This document shows, one piece after another, positions 45,870 to 55,714 of a stretch of DNA of 64,000 nt. The notes under the pieces were generated by a model. That model ran no database searches, had not been told where the DNA came from, and saw nothing but the letters and a program-made list of their open reading frames with translations. The stretch is from Escherichia coli (GTDB lineage Bacteria; Pseudomonadota; Gammaproteobacteria; Enterobacterales; Enterobacteriaceae): NCBI RefSeq assembly GCF_011045215.1, contig NZ_CP049201.1; one strand, 5' to 3'. Numbering within the stretch: position 1 is the first letter of the stretch; the number at the start of each line of letters is the position of its first letter. Made by a program: the position numbers and the translations under genes.

Positions 45870-48392
45870 TTATGCCGGTAACTCCGGGGGTAATGCTTCT
45901 TCCAGCCGGTTAACCATATTGCCGAGATGGGATGCATCATATTCCATGACGGGGCGTTGCCTGATGATACTGACCACCAGTGGTTTGATTAACATATTGG
46001 TCGCGGCCCGTTGTTGTATACCGGCGGCGAAAATGATCTCCAGAGCATTCTGATCGATAACACGGGCCAGATTCGCGTTCAGATTTTCTGTTTCATGTCC
46101 GGTCAGCAGGAAACTGCCGGCAAGCCATGTCACCTGTTCCTGAATCATTGCCAGAATTTTGACGCGATCTTCTTCAACCAGCGCTCCGGCAATTTTTCCT
46201 GATACAGCGGAGGCAATCATTCCCCCCAGAACACCGCCAACCACACGCCCTGTCAGTGCACCAAATGGTCCCAGTGGACTGAACAGTATCCCGCCCGCCA
46301 CTGACCCGACAGCTCCACCTGCCACACCGGAAGATGCCACGGCAAGATTCCTGATGAACTGCGTACCGGAGATCCGTCCCCGCAACATTTTGATCATGTC
46401 AGGGCCGGTTGTGACAGCTACCAGTGCCAGAGATGTCACCAGCGTACCCTTCATCACTTTGTTCAGGGCACTGATATTTCCTGCACCGGTCCCCTTCTGA
46501 AGAGCCAGTCGGACAGTCGGGCTGGCAGTCGAAAAATCAATGTGCTTCAGCATACCCTGAACAACACTGAGCCGGTGGAGTTGCTGGGTTGTGACGTAGA
46601 CAGCCAGTGTGCGGGTGAAGGTTTTTCCTGCCTGGACAGCAGCTGTCTGCAGAGCAGCATCGCGATCGCCGGTGCTGAGCCAGAAGACCGATGCCGTCAG
46701 GGCAAAACTGATCCCTCCGGCCGCCAGACTGACAACCGAACCCTCGGCAATATCATAAGTGACCGATTCGATGGTCCCGAACCGGGTGATATTACGGGCC
46801 TGAGTATAAGTCAGATGTCCCCGACGAATCAGCCGGGACGCTTCTGCGGGATCGATTACACCGGGTACTTTACCTTCGCGGATCTTATTCCTCATGGTTT
46901 CAACAGCGCCGGCATACTGATCACGGGGGACTTCCAGTTGCATGGGGCCATTATTTCCCATGTAACGATACTGTCCGTTTTGTCCGTCGAATGCCGCACC
47001 GACGCTACGGGCTGCAGTTGAACAATATTTCGTCTGGATTTCTGTTCCGCTGACCAGTCTGTCTGCTCCATTTCTGGCATTATTATCACCGAGGATCCGT
47101 GCGTTTTTCAGACGGATTCTGTCGACAATATGGTTTCCCCGTTCAGCGGCAAACCCATGTCCCTGCCCTCCGGAAGCAAACATTTTCTCATTTGTACTCC
47201 AGGTTTCCGGCAGTTTCATGAGAATCAGACCATTCGCCGTTGCATCGGAAATAAAACTGTTGTAGGGGCGTTCATAAATTTCCTGACACAGTGTTTCTGT
47301 TTCGCGACAAAGAGAGGAGCAGTACCATTCCGGATCCGGCTTATGATTTTCCGGGGCATGATGTACTTCTGTCAGCCCGCAGGAGGCACAGACACGAAGC
47401 TCATCCACGTGATGGAATGATACAAAACGGCGACCTTCTGAAAAGGGATACCAGTCACCGCCGTCCAGGCAACGATCGAGAAAATCGTCATTCGCTTCCG
47501 GTGATAAATTCAGGCGGTTCCGGAAGAGTGTTTTCAGTTCATCAGGTGTGAATGACAGGTTCTCTTTCAACTGTTCGTTAAACCCTGCCATGTTTCTTTC
47601 ATACCAGGCATTGTTCAGTAACCAGTTTCCGTCTGCCAGTTCAAATTCCCTCAGCTCTCCCCGGGAAATCCGTTGAGAAATAAGCGTCAGCCAGATGCGC
47701 TCCGTCAGTGAGTCAGGAAGGCTGTAATCGTTTTGCAAACTGGTCAGCCACGATTTACTGTTGAGCACCGGTTGTTCTTCCAGTGTCTGGCTGATGGCAC
47801 AGGTCAGTTTTTTCAGCGCCTGGATTTGGCTGGCCGCCCATAGCAGCGTCACTAATGCAGCCAGCCAGTACAACAACCCGCCCCACCACATCAGTGACGG
47901 TGAAATATCGTACTGTAACGCGATCAATGGTGCGCATGCAGAACAAGCCATAAGGAAAAAGGCAGTATAAAAACAGCAGTAATATCCGTTAATTTCCTTG
48001 CTGATATCTTCTGGTGTGATCCCGTTCTGCTGAATGTTTTTGATCTGCAGGGGAACAGCCAGCAGACCACCGGCGAGAGCGGTGGTCAGAATAAATTTCA
48101 CGGAGTCAAAGGTGTGAGACTCCAGCGCAATATGTTTACCATCAAGTCCCCACATGAAGCTGATGATCATTCCGGCAATCGTCAGAAATACGCCTGCCAG
48201 CCAGCGAATATGGAACAACCGGGTTATGCGTTCGGTGATATAGCCAGCCAGTAAGGCCGGGCCGAACAGACACAGCAATATGAGCCCTGCCAGCGCAGAA
48301 GCCGTGCTGATTAATGCTCTGAACAAAAGGCGAAGAATGGCAAATCCTGCGATCAGCAGGATCAGCGCGCCGACTATCTGTAACATAGTCAC
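45870..48392 (-). CDS. yeeR: YeeR-like large inner membrane protein
   Basis: 840-aa ORF with multiple TM segments at both ends; located between the Ag43 gene and the DUF932/antirestriction genes as in CP4-44-type elements. Confidence 0.7.
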   Translation of the reverse strand: MTMLQIVGALILLIAGFAILRLLFRALISTASALAGLILLCLFGPALLAGYITERITRLFHIRWLAGVFLTIAGMIISFMWGLDGKHIALESHTFDSVKFILTTALAGGLLAVPLQIKNIQQNGITPEDISKEINGYYCCFYTAFFLMACSACAPLIALQYDISPSLMWWGGLLYWLAALVTLLWAASQIQALKKLTCAISQTLEEQPVLNSKSWLTSLQNDYSLPDSLTERIWLTLISQRISRGELREFELADGNWLLNNAWYERNMAGFNEQLKENLSFTPDELKTLFRNRLNLSPEANDDFLDRCLDGGDWYPFSEGRRFVSFHHVDELRVCASCGLTEVHHAPENHKPDPEWYCSSLCRETETLCQEIYERPYNSFISDATANGLILMKLPETWSTNEKMFASGGQGHGFAAERGNHIVDRIRLKNARILGDNNARNGADRLVSGTEIQTKYCSTAARSVGAAFDGQNGQYRYMGNNGPMQLEVPRDQYAGAVETMRNKIREGKVPGVIDPAEASRLIRRGHLTYTQARNITRFGTIESVTYDIAEGSVVSLAAGGISFALTASVFWLSTGDRDAALQTAAVQAGKTFTRTLAVYVTTQQLHRLSVVQGMLKHIDFSTASPTVRLALQKGTGAGNISALNKVMKGTLVTSLALVAVTTGPDMIKMLRGRISGTQFIRNLAVASSGVAGGAVGSVAGGILFSPLGPFGALTGRVVGGVLGGMIASAVSGKIAGALVEEDRVKILAMIQEQVTWLAGSFLLTGHETENLNANLARVIDQNALEIIFAAGIQQRAATNMLIKPLVVSIIRQRPVMEYDASHLGNMVNRLEEALPPELPA

Positions 48393-48506
48393 TCCGTGAT
48401 GAATATCATGTTATTGTTAATGCCAGCGAATGTGGCGTTGAATATCCGTTGCGCCGGTCCGGGTCCCGATCATGATGACCGGGACCACAGAGAGGCGATG
48501 GTTCTG

Positions 48507-51356
48507 TCAGAAGGTCACATTCAGCGTGGCCTGACCGTTATAGCCTTCGGCGCTGTTGCCGCTGACACTGTGGGCATAACCGGCCTGAACGCCCAGGGTG
48601 ATATTTTCCCGGACACGGGCTTCCAGTCCGGCCTGCAGGTCCAGTGACGTGCCATTCCGGGACGGTGAAAACGTCATGTTACTGCCGGCGGCGGCTGTAC
48701 CCATGCTCATGTCACCCCGGGAGCTGAAAGTGCGGATAACAGAAGGCTGTACCCACCAGTTCACCGGCAGTTCACTCACACGGTGTTTTGCACTGTCGCG
48801 CAGAGTGTCACGGGATGAGGTGCCTTCGCCAAAAGTCATATCGTTGTGGCTGCCCAGACGGAAGCCGGCACGCACATGTTGTGCACTGCCATGCCCGAAC
48901 TTCACATAACCGGCGTTATCCTGGCCGTCATCCAGGGAGAGCCCCTGCCAGGTGTACTGCAGTTGTGGCTCCAGCATCAGGTTGTCAGTGATACTGAAGG
49001 GCAGACCGGTTTCCAGTGAGCCCAGCCAGCCCCAGCCCCGGGCGCGGAAGTCGTTATTGTCCGATGACGCTTTCATGCTGTGGCGGGTTCCCTGGGCCAC
49101 AATGTCAGCCCACAGGCCGGAGGACGTGTGTACCAGATTCAGGTATCCGCCCAGGCTGCCGGCATCATCCCGGACCGTGCCGGCACGGGAGCCGTCATCA
49201 TCCTTAACATCAACGGAAGAATGGCCAGCAGCACCATACACTCCTGTCGTCAGTGACATACCGGCAACCTCTGTTCTCAGCAGGTCACCCTCCAGACGGA
49301 CGAGGCCATAGCTGCCGCTGCTTTCCGGCGTGGCCCCACGGGCAATACCACCGTTGTTATCGTGCCCGAGATGACCGCCCTGAATGCTGAGACGGACGCT
49401 GTTATTTTCACCGCTTACACCGGTCTGATGGCTGCGGGAACCTGCCAGAATCCGGTCATAGTCCATTGCCTGTGTCAGCATGGAGGCATACAGGGGGACT
49501 TCAGCACGATAAGCATTTTCACTGCGCAGGTACCAGTCTTCATCGCTGTCACGGTTCAGGGTGTAGTTAAAGGCGCCGGCCTGAAGCGGGCGACTCAGGG
49601 CAAACGCACCTTCTTCTGTGGTAGCACCATTCTGTGCATCCACAACCCGGATACCCTGTCCGGAGGTTGCCACCCCGAGGTTACTGTTTCCGACATTTGT
49701 AAACGCAAGCCAGGTTTTGCCGGTTGCCTGACCACCATTAATCACCAGCTGGTCAGAGGCATTACTGCCATCAAGGCTGACACGCATATTGATGGTGCCG
49801 CCCTGGCCGGTGAGGTTCGTGGTGGTTAGTTTATGGAACGTTACCGGGGAGTTACTTTTTGCAACAGCACGGCTCAGCGCGGCATCCGGTGTCGTCTGAT
49901 TATCAAAGTGAATCTCTCCTGCGTTAATAATATCGCCGGTACTGACCACATCACCATTCAGTACCATACTGGCGCCTTTACTGAGCTGTGTTCTGCCACT
50001 CAGACTTCCCCCGGCAGCCAGCGTCAGTGTTCCACGATGTCCGACAGTGGTGTTGCTGGCCAGTCCTCCGGCATTAACCGTAAAGCTGCCGCCATTTTCC
50101 AGCAGCAGGCCGCTGGCCTGACCGGATATGCCATCAATACTGAACTTACCGCTGGCATTGGTCCCCTCAACAGTGGCACCACTGTCTGCAATCAGGGCAC
50201 CACCGGATGTCATGGTGACATCTGTTGCCTTACCACCGGCAGACACTGCCAGGGTACCGCCGTCATCCACCAGTGTTTTCCAGGCTGAATGGCCCTCCAG
50301 TACATCCAGGCGACCGCCGGACTCCAGAACAACGCCGTCAGCCTTACCGTTTTCCACTGTGAAATTCCCCAGGCGGTTTGTGCCGGTGACAGTTGCAGCA
50401 GTACTGGTAACCAGTGCACCGCCCGTGTTCTGGGTGACTGCAGTGGCTTCCCCGCCGGCATGTACCCTCAGTTCACCGTTCTGATTTATGGTGGTGTTAC
50501 CGGCAGCGCCACCGGCCTTAACAACCTGCCAGCCCCCCTCGTTAATTACCGTGTTCAGCGCCAGTCCGTCCTTGTGCACATACTGGTAACCGCCATTCAG
50601 TGTGGTATTCAGGGCCCTTCCGTGTACCGACTGGTCACCACCTGCGTAAATGAGAGTGTCACGGGCTATCCCGGAAGATAAGATAATCTGCCGTCCATTT
50701 TTGTTGATGGTGGTGGATTCTGCTGTTCCCTGGACCTTCTGACCCGTGTACGAGTTGTCAGAATCCGGGCCGCCTTCTGCGCCGGTGTTGATGATGGTTC
50801 CTGTTGCCAGCCCGCCACTTTTAACGCTCTGGTAACCGTCGCGGTTGATAATTGTACCGGTGGCAACCCCGCCCTCATGAACCCACTGCTCGCCTCTGTT
50901 ATTCAGCGTGGTGTTCACCGCCAGCCCGTTCAGGCTCTGTCCCCCGCCGTCACGAATAACCGTATCACTGGCTGTTCCCCCCTCCAGCACGACCTGACGA
51001 CCATTTGTGGTGACAGTGGTGTTTCCGGCTATCCCGCCATTCTGTATCCATTGCCCACCGGTGTTTTCTTCACTGTCCGGCCCCAGTTCCAGCCCGGTAC
51101 TGATGGTCATTCCGTTGGCCGTACCGAGGACAATCTGGTTGTCATGATTTGTCAGTGTTCCGCCGCTCATGGTTTCTCCCGCCTGTACAACCGTGTCAGC
51201 AGCCAGTGCCGGGACTGACGTGACAGCAGCAAGAGACAGCGCAACCGCCACACCGGTGCGTTTTCCCCGTGAGCGGGCCAGTTCGGAGGCCACCACCAGG
51301 GTGCCCGTAATGTGATTCCATACCAGCCTGTAGCTGGTGTTCAGATGTCGTTTCAT
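48507..51356 (-). CDS. flu: Antigen 43-type self-associating autotransporter adhesin
   Basis: ORF 48507..51431; real start at the internal MKRHLNTSYRLVWNHITGTLVVASELARSRGKR (extended autotransporter signal peptide); passenger repeats; C-terminal beta-barrel ending ...GYNGQATLNVTF. Confidence 0.9.
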   Translation of the reverse strand: MKRHLNTSYRLVWNHITGTLVVASELARSRGKRTGVAVALSLAAVTSVPALAADTVVQAGETMSGGTLTNHDNQIVLGTANGMTISTGLELGPDSEENTGGQWIQNGGIAGNTTVTTNGRQVVLEGGTASDTVIRDGGGQSLNGLAVNTTLNNRGEQWVHEGGVATGTIINRDGYQSVKSGGLATGTIINTGAEGGPDSDNSYTGQKVQGTAESTTINKNGRQIILSSGIARDTLIYAGGDQSVHGRALNTTLNGGYQYVHKDGLALNTVINEGGWQVVKAGGAAGNTTINQNGELRVHAGGEATAVTQNTGGALVTSTAATVTGTNRLGNFTVENGKADGVVLESGGRLDVLEGHSAWKTLVDDGGTLAVSAGGKATDVTMTSGGALIADSGATVEGTNASGKFSIDGISGQASGLLLENGGSFTVNAGGLASNTTVGHRGTLTLAAGGSLSGRTQLSKGASMVLNGDVVSTGDIINAGEIHFDNQTTPDAALSRAVAKSNSPVTFHKLTTTNLTGQGGTINMRVSLDGSNASDQLVINGGQATGKTWLAFTNVGNSNLGVATSGQGIRVVDAQNGATTEEGAFALSRPLQAGAFNYTLNRDSDEDWYLRSENAYRAEVPLYASMLTQAMDYDRILAGSRSHQTGVSGENNSVRLSIQGGHLGHDNNGGIARGATPESSGSYGLVRLEGDLLRTEVAGMSLTTGVYGAAGHSSVDVKDDDGSRAGTVRDDAGSLGGYLNLVHTSSGLWADIVAQGTRHSMKASSDNNDFRARGWGWLGSLETGLPFSITDNLMLEPQLQYTWQGLSLDDGQDNAGYVKFGHGSAQHVRAGFRLGSHNDMTFGEGTSSRDTLRDSAKHRVSELPVNWWVQPSVIRTFSSRGDMSMGTAAAGSNMTFSPSRNGTSLDLQAGLEARVRENITLGVQAGYAHSVSGNSAEGYNGQATLNVTF

Positions 51357-51573
51357 CAGCTTTTCCTTACAGAGGGTGAATAAAAAAGCCGGTACCCACA
51401 AATGTGGATACCGGCAGGTACAAAACAGCATGGTCAGATAAAGTGGTTTTTCCCGGACATAAATGCTTCCCCTCTCTCATCCGCCAGAGAAGTATCAGTC
51501 CGTTGTGTGCAATTCCGTTCTGCATGATGAAGAGATTCAGCTGCCTTTTCGCAGGCCATTAACCACTACAAAC

Positions 51574-51609
51574 GATCGATACTAACGATCGATACCTGTT
51601 TTATCGATC
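51574..51609. promoter_or_regulatory. Ag43 phase-variation switch: three closely spaced GATC sites in the putative OxyR operator (approximate)
   Basis: aaacGATCgatactaacGATCgatacctgttttatcGATCgtttt lies ~220-250 bp upstream of the flu start codon. Confidence 0.75.
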
Positions 51610-51727
51610 GTTTTATTCTATTGATAGCAGGGCAGTCACGCAAGAGAAACAGGAGGGTATGAGGGGTTTGTATCATGTTTTCAGTTGGTTAACGCAATGT
51701 AATCAGGCATTTCCCCTGGCAGAGTGT

Positions 51728-52600
51728 TCAGAAGAAAATCCAGTTCCATACCGCACGGGCAACAGAGACCACCGTGTCACGAACAGCGCGCAGGGCCGTA
51801 CGGACAACAGAGGCAACACAGACGCTCTCCGCTGTGTCAAATATCCGGTCCACCGCACCGGTAAACTGTTCACGGGCCTGAGAGCGGACAGATTCCGTGC
51901 GCAGCTCGTCCTGCAGTCGGGTCATCAGGGGACTGGCGGCATGGTCGGGAAGCGCTGTCATGAGCGCACTGACCAGCGTATCCAGTTCCCAGCCGGTGCG
52001 GGCCGATACGGCCACAACCGGATGTGCGGGCCGGAACAGACGGAATACCGCCTCCGTTTTTTCGCGAATGTTCCGTGCCTGTGCGGGAGAGGGCTGAATG
52101 CCGGCCATATCCCATTCATGGCAGGGCTCCGTTTTGTCGGCCTGCGTCACCACAAACAGCACCTGCTGATGTCCCCGGTGCAGGATGTGTCGCCAGAAAT
52201 ACTCATCCACAGACAGGGCACGGTCATCGGCTTTAATCAGCCACAGTACCAGGTCAAGTTCAGGCAGAATGTCACGGTACAGGGCTTCATACTCTGCATC
52301 CCTGTCCCGGCTCTCGCCCACCCCGGGCAGGTCAGTGATAACCATGCTGTGACCGTGGCCACTCAGACGGAAGCGCTGCACTTCCCGGGTGCCGGCGTGA
52401 ACATCACTGACCGGGGTGACCTCCCCCTGAAACAGTGCATTACAGAGTGAGGATTTACCGGCCCCGCTTTTACCCATAATGCCAATCACGGGTTCGTGAC
52501 TGGTGAGTTTGCGCAGATGTTCCAGGATGTGACGGGAAAGTGAGTAAGGCAGGGAGGAGAGCGGTTTTTCAATTGCCTCAATGGCATCAGACGGATTCAT
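51728..52600 (-). CDS. yeeP: YeeP/YkfA/YfjP-family GTPase
   Basis: ORF 51728..52639; P-loop GKSGAGKSS and DLPG G-motifs; probable start MNPSDAIEAIEKPLS. Confidence 0.8.
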   Translation of the reverse strand: MNPSDAIEAIEKPLSSLPYSLSRHILEHLRKLTSHEPVIGIMGKSGAGKSSLCNALFQGEVTPVSDVHAGTREVQRFRLSGHGHSMVITDLPGVGESRDRDAEYEALYRDILPELDLVLWLIKADDRALSVDEYFWRHILHRGHQQVLFVVTQADKTEPCHEWDMAGIQPSPAQARNIREKTEAVFRLFRPAHPVVAVSARTGWELDTLVSALMTALPDHAASPLMTRLQDELRTESVRSQAREQFTGAVDRIFDTAESVCVASVVRTALRAVRDTVVSVARAVWNWIFF

Positions 52601-52930
52601 ACATGTATTCCCGGTGAAAAAAGACAAAACCCCGCGCACCGGAAAGGTGGCGGGGGATTCACGGAGATAATATCTGCCTGAAATTATTTAGGATGCAGGT
52701 ATCTTCAGATAATCATACCTCCAGAATTTTGTTCTTAATAGTTGAGTAGTGGTATTTGGTTTCCCTGAGAGAATATAAAGGTGAATCATACTGTATTGAG
52801 TTTGATTCTATTTGTACTGAGACAGGTATCTTCATGATTATAATCAAAAGTCGGGTGGATTGGTCTGGCGCTCATTATTTTTTCGAATAAACTCACTAAT
52901 TATTGTAACCATCCCAGAGGAGATGATTTT

Positions 52931-53113
52931 ATGTATAATTGTGGTGAATCATATTCAGAATACGACATATCATTATCTGACGATGAAAACTATAACGATG
53001 ACTATTATCGTGAACGCCCGTGCCCGGGAGAAGTTTTCGGCTATGATAATACTGAGGATAATGATGAGGCGGCATCTGATTATGCACTAAAAATAAATGA
53101 AAACTCTGATTAA
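52931..53113 (+). CDS. Hypothetical small, highly acidic protein (60 aa)
   Basis: ORF MYNCGESYSEYDISLSDDENYNDDYYRERPCPGEVFGYDNTEDNDEAASDYALKINENSD preceded by a GAGGAG Shine-Dalgarno about 8 nt upstream; AT-rich context. Confidence 0.35.
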   Translation: MYNCGESYSEYDISLSDDENYNDDYYRERPCPGEVFGYDNTEDNDEAASDYALKINENSD

Positions 53114-53251
53114 TACGAGGTGGCTGATAATAAGACAATCAATGACAAATATTAATGAATAAACATAATCAGGCGCTCAATACTTGATTTAATCTGGGCG
53201 CCTGATTAAAATCTGAGGTAACATATAATAATTTTCATCAAAATAGTATTT

Positions 53252-54276
53252 ATGTGTGTGATTCATAGACATCGTTTCAATTTTCTCAGCTCAAGTTCAA
53301 GCTTGTAATTCTGTTCCTGAATATGCTCCTTATTGGGCTGATAGCTTGCGTGAACGGCATCCGAGTATGGCGTTTTCTCAGCAAGTTCAAAGTAGCGCTC
53401 CATCGGCGTTTTACCGTTGTGAGCGCAATGAGGACGTTCCCAGTTATAGTAATGCTGCCATTCTGCCAGTCGCTCCTCCAAGTTATCAGTAGCGATATCT
53501 ACGGTAGCGTAAAACTCAGCTTTGTCTGTCTTTTGGGAGCGTTCAACTTTGCCATTAAGATGGGGTGATGCTGGTTTATTTGGACGAAACTTGATGCCGT
53601 ATTCTTTCAGTCTTTCCTGCACCTTAACGGCAAAAAACTCTCTTCCCCGGTCTGTCTGAAAGCGCTGAATCGGGAACGGCATTTCTTCAATAAAACAATC
53701 AATGAAATCCAGTGTGTTTGTAGTCGTGCGACGGGAATAGAGCCTCAGAACTCTGTAGCGAGTGCAATCATCAACAGATGTGTACTGATATAAGCCGGGG
53801 CCAATTTTACAGGTATCCATCTGAACCCAATCACCGGGAACAGGGCGTTCGTAGCGAATGAAATCAGCTTTACGCCGGAGTTTAACAACAGGTTTAACCT
53901 GATTCTGGCAAAGAACTTTGTGGATTGTTGCCATTGCAAGTGAGATTGAATGAAGTCGTTTTAACTCGCTTTGAATCCGTCTTGCACCCAGATTTCGCTG
54001 GGAACGTAACTCCAGAATCAGAGCGACTTCGCAAGTGCCGGTTTTCGTTGATGGCGAACGCTTAGGGCGACGGCTGTGGCTTTCCAGACCAGCGATGCCC
54101 TGAGCCAGATATCTGCGCCACCATTTACGCAATGTGGGGCGGGAAATACCGCAGCGACGGCATACGAACCCCGCGTCACCAGACGTTTCATAGAGTTTTA
54201 CCCACTGTAGCCGCTGCTGAATTTCCCTGTTCATAGTAAGGCATTATAGTGAAACGATGTCTATGAATCACACAAG
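53252..54276 (-). mobile_element. Compact ~1.0 kb insertion sequence with one DDE transposase gene and ~24-bp perfect terminal inverted repeats (tentatively IS481-like)
   Basis: Terminal repeats TGTGTGATTCATAGACATCGTTTC and its reverse complement flank the transposase ORF; family assignment is tentative. Confidence 0.75.
53263..54234 (-). CDS. DDE (rve-type) transposase
   Basis: 323-aa ORF with N-terminal HTH (CGISRPTLRKWWRRY) and an integrase-core-like central region. Confidence 0.85.
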   Translation of the reverse strand: MNREIQQRLQWVKLYETSGDAGFVCRRCGISRPTLRKWWRRYLAQGIAGLESHSRRPKRSPSTKTGTCEVALILELRSQRNLGARRIQSELKRLHSISLAMATIHKVLCQNQVKPVVKLRRKADFIRYERPVPGDWVQMDTCKIGPGLYQYTSVDDCTRYRVLRLYSRRTTTNTLDFIDCFIEEMPFPIQRFQTDRGREFFAVKVQERLKEYGIKFRPNKPASPHLNGKVERSQKTDKAEFYATVDIATDNLEERLAEWQHYYNWERPHCAHNGKTPMERYFELAEKTPYSDAVHASYQPNKEHIQEQNYKLELELRKLKRCL

Positions 54277-54425
54277 TAAAGAACCTTGCAGAGGCGTTCG
54301 AGCATTATAACGAATGGCATCCGCATAGTGCGCTGGGTTATCGCTCGCCACGGGAATATCTACGACAGCGGACCTGTAATGGGTTAAGTGATAACAGATG
54401 TCTGGAAATATAGGGGCAAATCCAG
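54277..54425 (-). mobile_element. IS2 right-end remnant (3' end of the IS2 transposase reading frame plus terminal repeat), truncated by the adjacent IS
   Basis: Encodes ...[39 protein letters not shown] and ends ...TGGAAATATAGGGGCAAATCCA, recognised as the IS2 terminus. Confidence 0.6.
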
Positions 54426-54598
54426 CGTAATACCAACCATATAATCTCTAGGAGGAGTATTTTTACAATAGTAAGAACTATCATACATCCCCCTACAGAT
54501 TCAGAGAAGAAAAAGAATTAATTATCGTCAAAACTTTCGACAAATCACATCATTAACATGATAACAACTAACAAAGGACAAGCTAATGAAAGATGTGA

Positions 54599-55714
54599 TT
54601 ACTGCATCAATACGGTAGCTATCGCACTGCCAGAAAACGATCCAGCATCAATTCTGTTTGTATCTATAACCCTATATTGTGACGTTATATCAAATGTTCT
54701 ACTTCCACTGATAACCCCCGAAAATTCCTTCGCACCATCAACAGTCAATGTGCACTTTCCATTATCTCCACATCGAGTTACATTCCCCCCTTCCCCTGAT
54801 ATTAGATTACTACCTTTAATGGTTATATCTACTCTGGTTGGTGAACTGCAATTAATCACTAATCCGGCCTTAGCAAAGTGTCCATCACGAGCCTGGGCTG
54901 ATGTTATTGCATTATGATTTATTGATATATCTTTATTCCCTGCTATATTACAGGATGCCAGAACATTCACTCTTACAGGGGCATATCTGTTCTCCATATT
55001 AACTACTGCAGACTCAACACCCCCACCATCAGAACAATATTTTTCCCCCTTATACCATTCCTCAGATCCTATTTTTAGCGGAATGTTTAAATCATATATT
55101 CCGGCTAAAGCACTGCCCCTCTCTATCGTTACCCTCAATTTGGTACTCTGAAAGTTGTTATATACCAGAGGATATCTGTATCCCGGGACAATTTCTCCTT
55201 CTGGGAATGGTCTGTCATACCAATCATAGTTATCATAAACACCAACGTAAGTCTGATAACCATTATAAATACCACGTTTATTATACCCCCCGGAAATAAT
55301 CTGAATACTCCCTTTCAGACCATTACCCAATCGTATGTTATTACTATCAACTGGCATCGCAATCCATGTTGCCTGACTCTTTGAGCCTTTACCCGAAAGA
55401 ATCTTAACCGGCGAGCTAACAGGCACATTATGACGCTGGACCCAGCTAACAACTGCAGACGTTCTTGGTGCCAGACCGGGCAATACAATATCAAAATAAC
55501 TTGCTGTGTTTCCTGAGGAAATTGTTACATCCGGAATAGTAACATTGTTACCATCTAACTGCCACAATATTTGCATATCACGACAAGGTTCATATGCAAA
55601 TGAACAACCTGATATAAAAACAAAAAGATAAATTATTTTCTCACACCACATACCTTTCACACCTTGTATATCCCCAGACCAGAAAATCCCTGAGCGCATA
55701 AATAACCCTCTCAC
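54599..55714 (-). CDS. Putative secreted lipoprotein, beta-rich, unknown function
   Basis: 371-aa ORF; likely start at internal MWCEKIIYLFVFISGCSF (lipobox ISGC; start ~55651); Gly/Ser/Asn/Tyr-rich; AT-rich codon usage unlike the core genes. Confidence 0.6.
   Translation of the reverse strand: MRGLFMRSGIFWSGDIQGVKGMWCEKIIYLFVFISGCSFAYEPCRDMQILWQLDGNNVTIPDVTISSGNTASYFDIVLPGLAPRTSAVVSWVQRHNVPVSSPVKILSGKGSKSQATWIAMPVDSNNIRLGNGLKGSIQIISGGYNKRGIYNGYQTYVGVYDNYDWYDRPFPEGEIVPGYRYPLVYNNFQSTKLRVTIERGSALAGIYDLNIPLKIGSEEWYKGEKYCSDGGGVESAVVNMENRYAPVRVNVLASCNIAGNKDISINHNAITSAQARDGHFAKAGLVINCSSPTRVDITIKGSNLISGEGGNVTRCGDNGKCTLTVDGAKEFSGVISGSRTFDITSQYRVIDTNRIDAGSFSGSAIATVLMQ

Noticed and set aside
54599-55714. 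Fimbrial tip-adhesin interpretation of the 371-aa protein
   Set aside because: Beta-rich composition first suggested a chaperone-usher adhesin, but there is no adjacent chaperone, usher or major pilin gene, and the N-terminus has a lipobox (ISGC) rather than a pilin-type signal peptide. Kept as a lipoprotein of unknown function.
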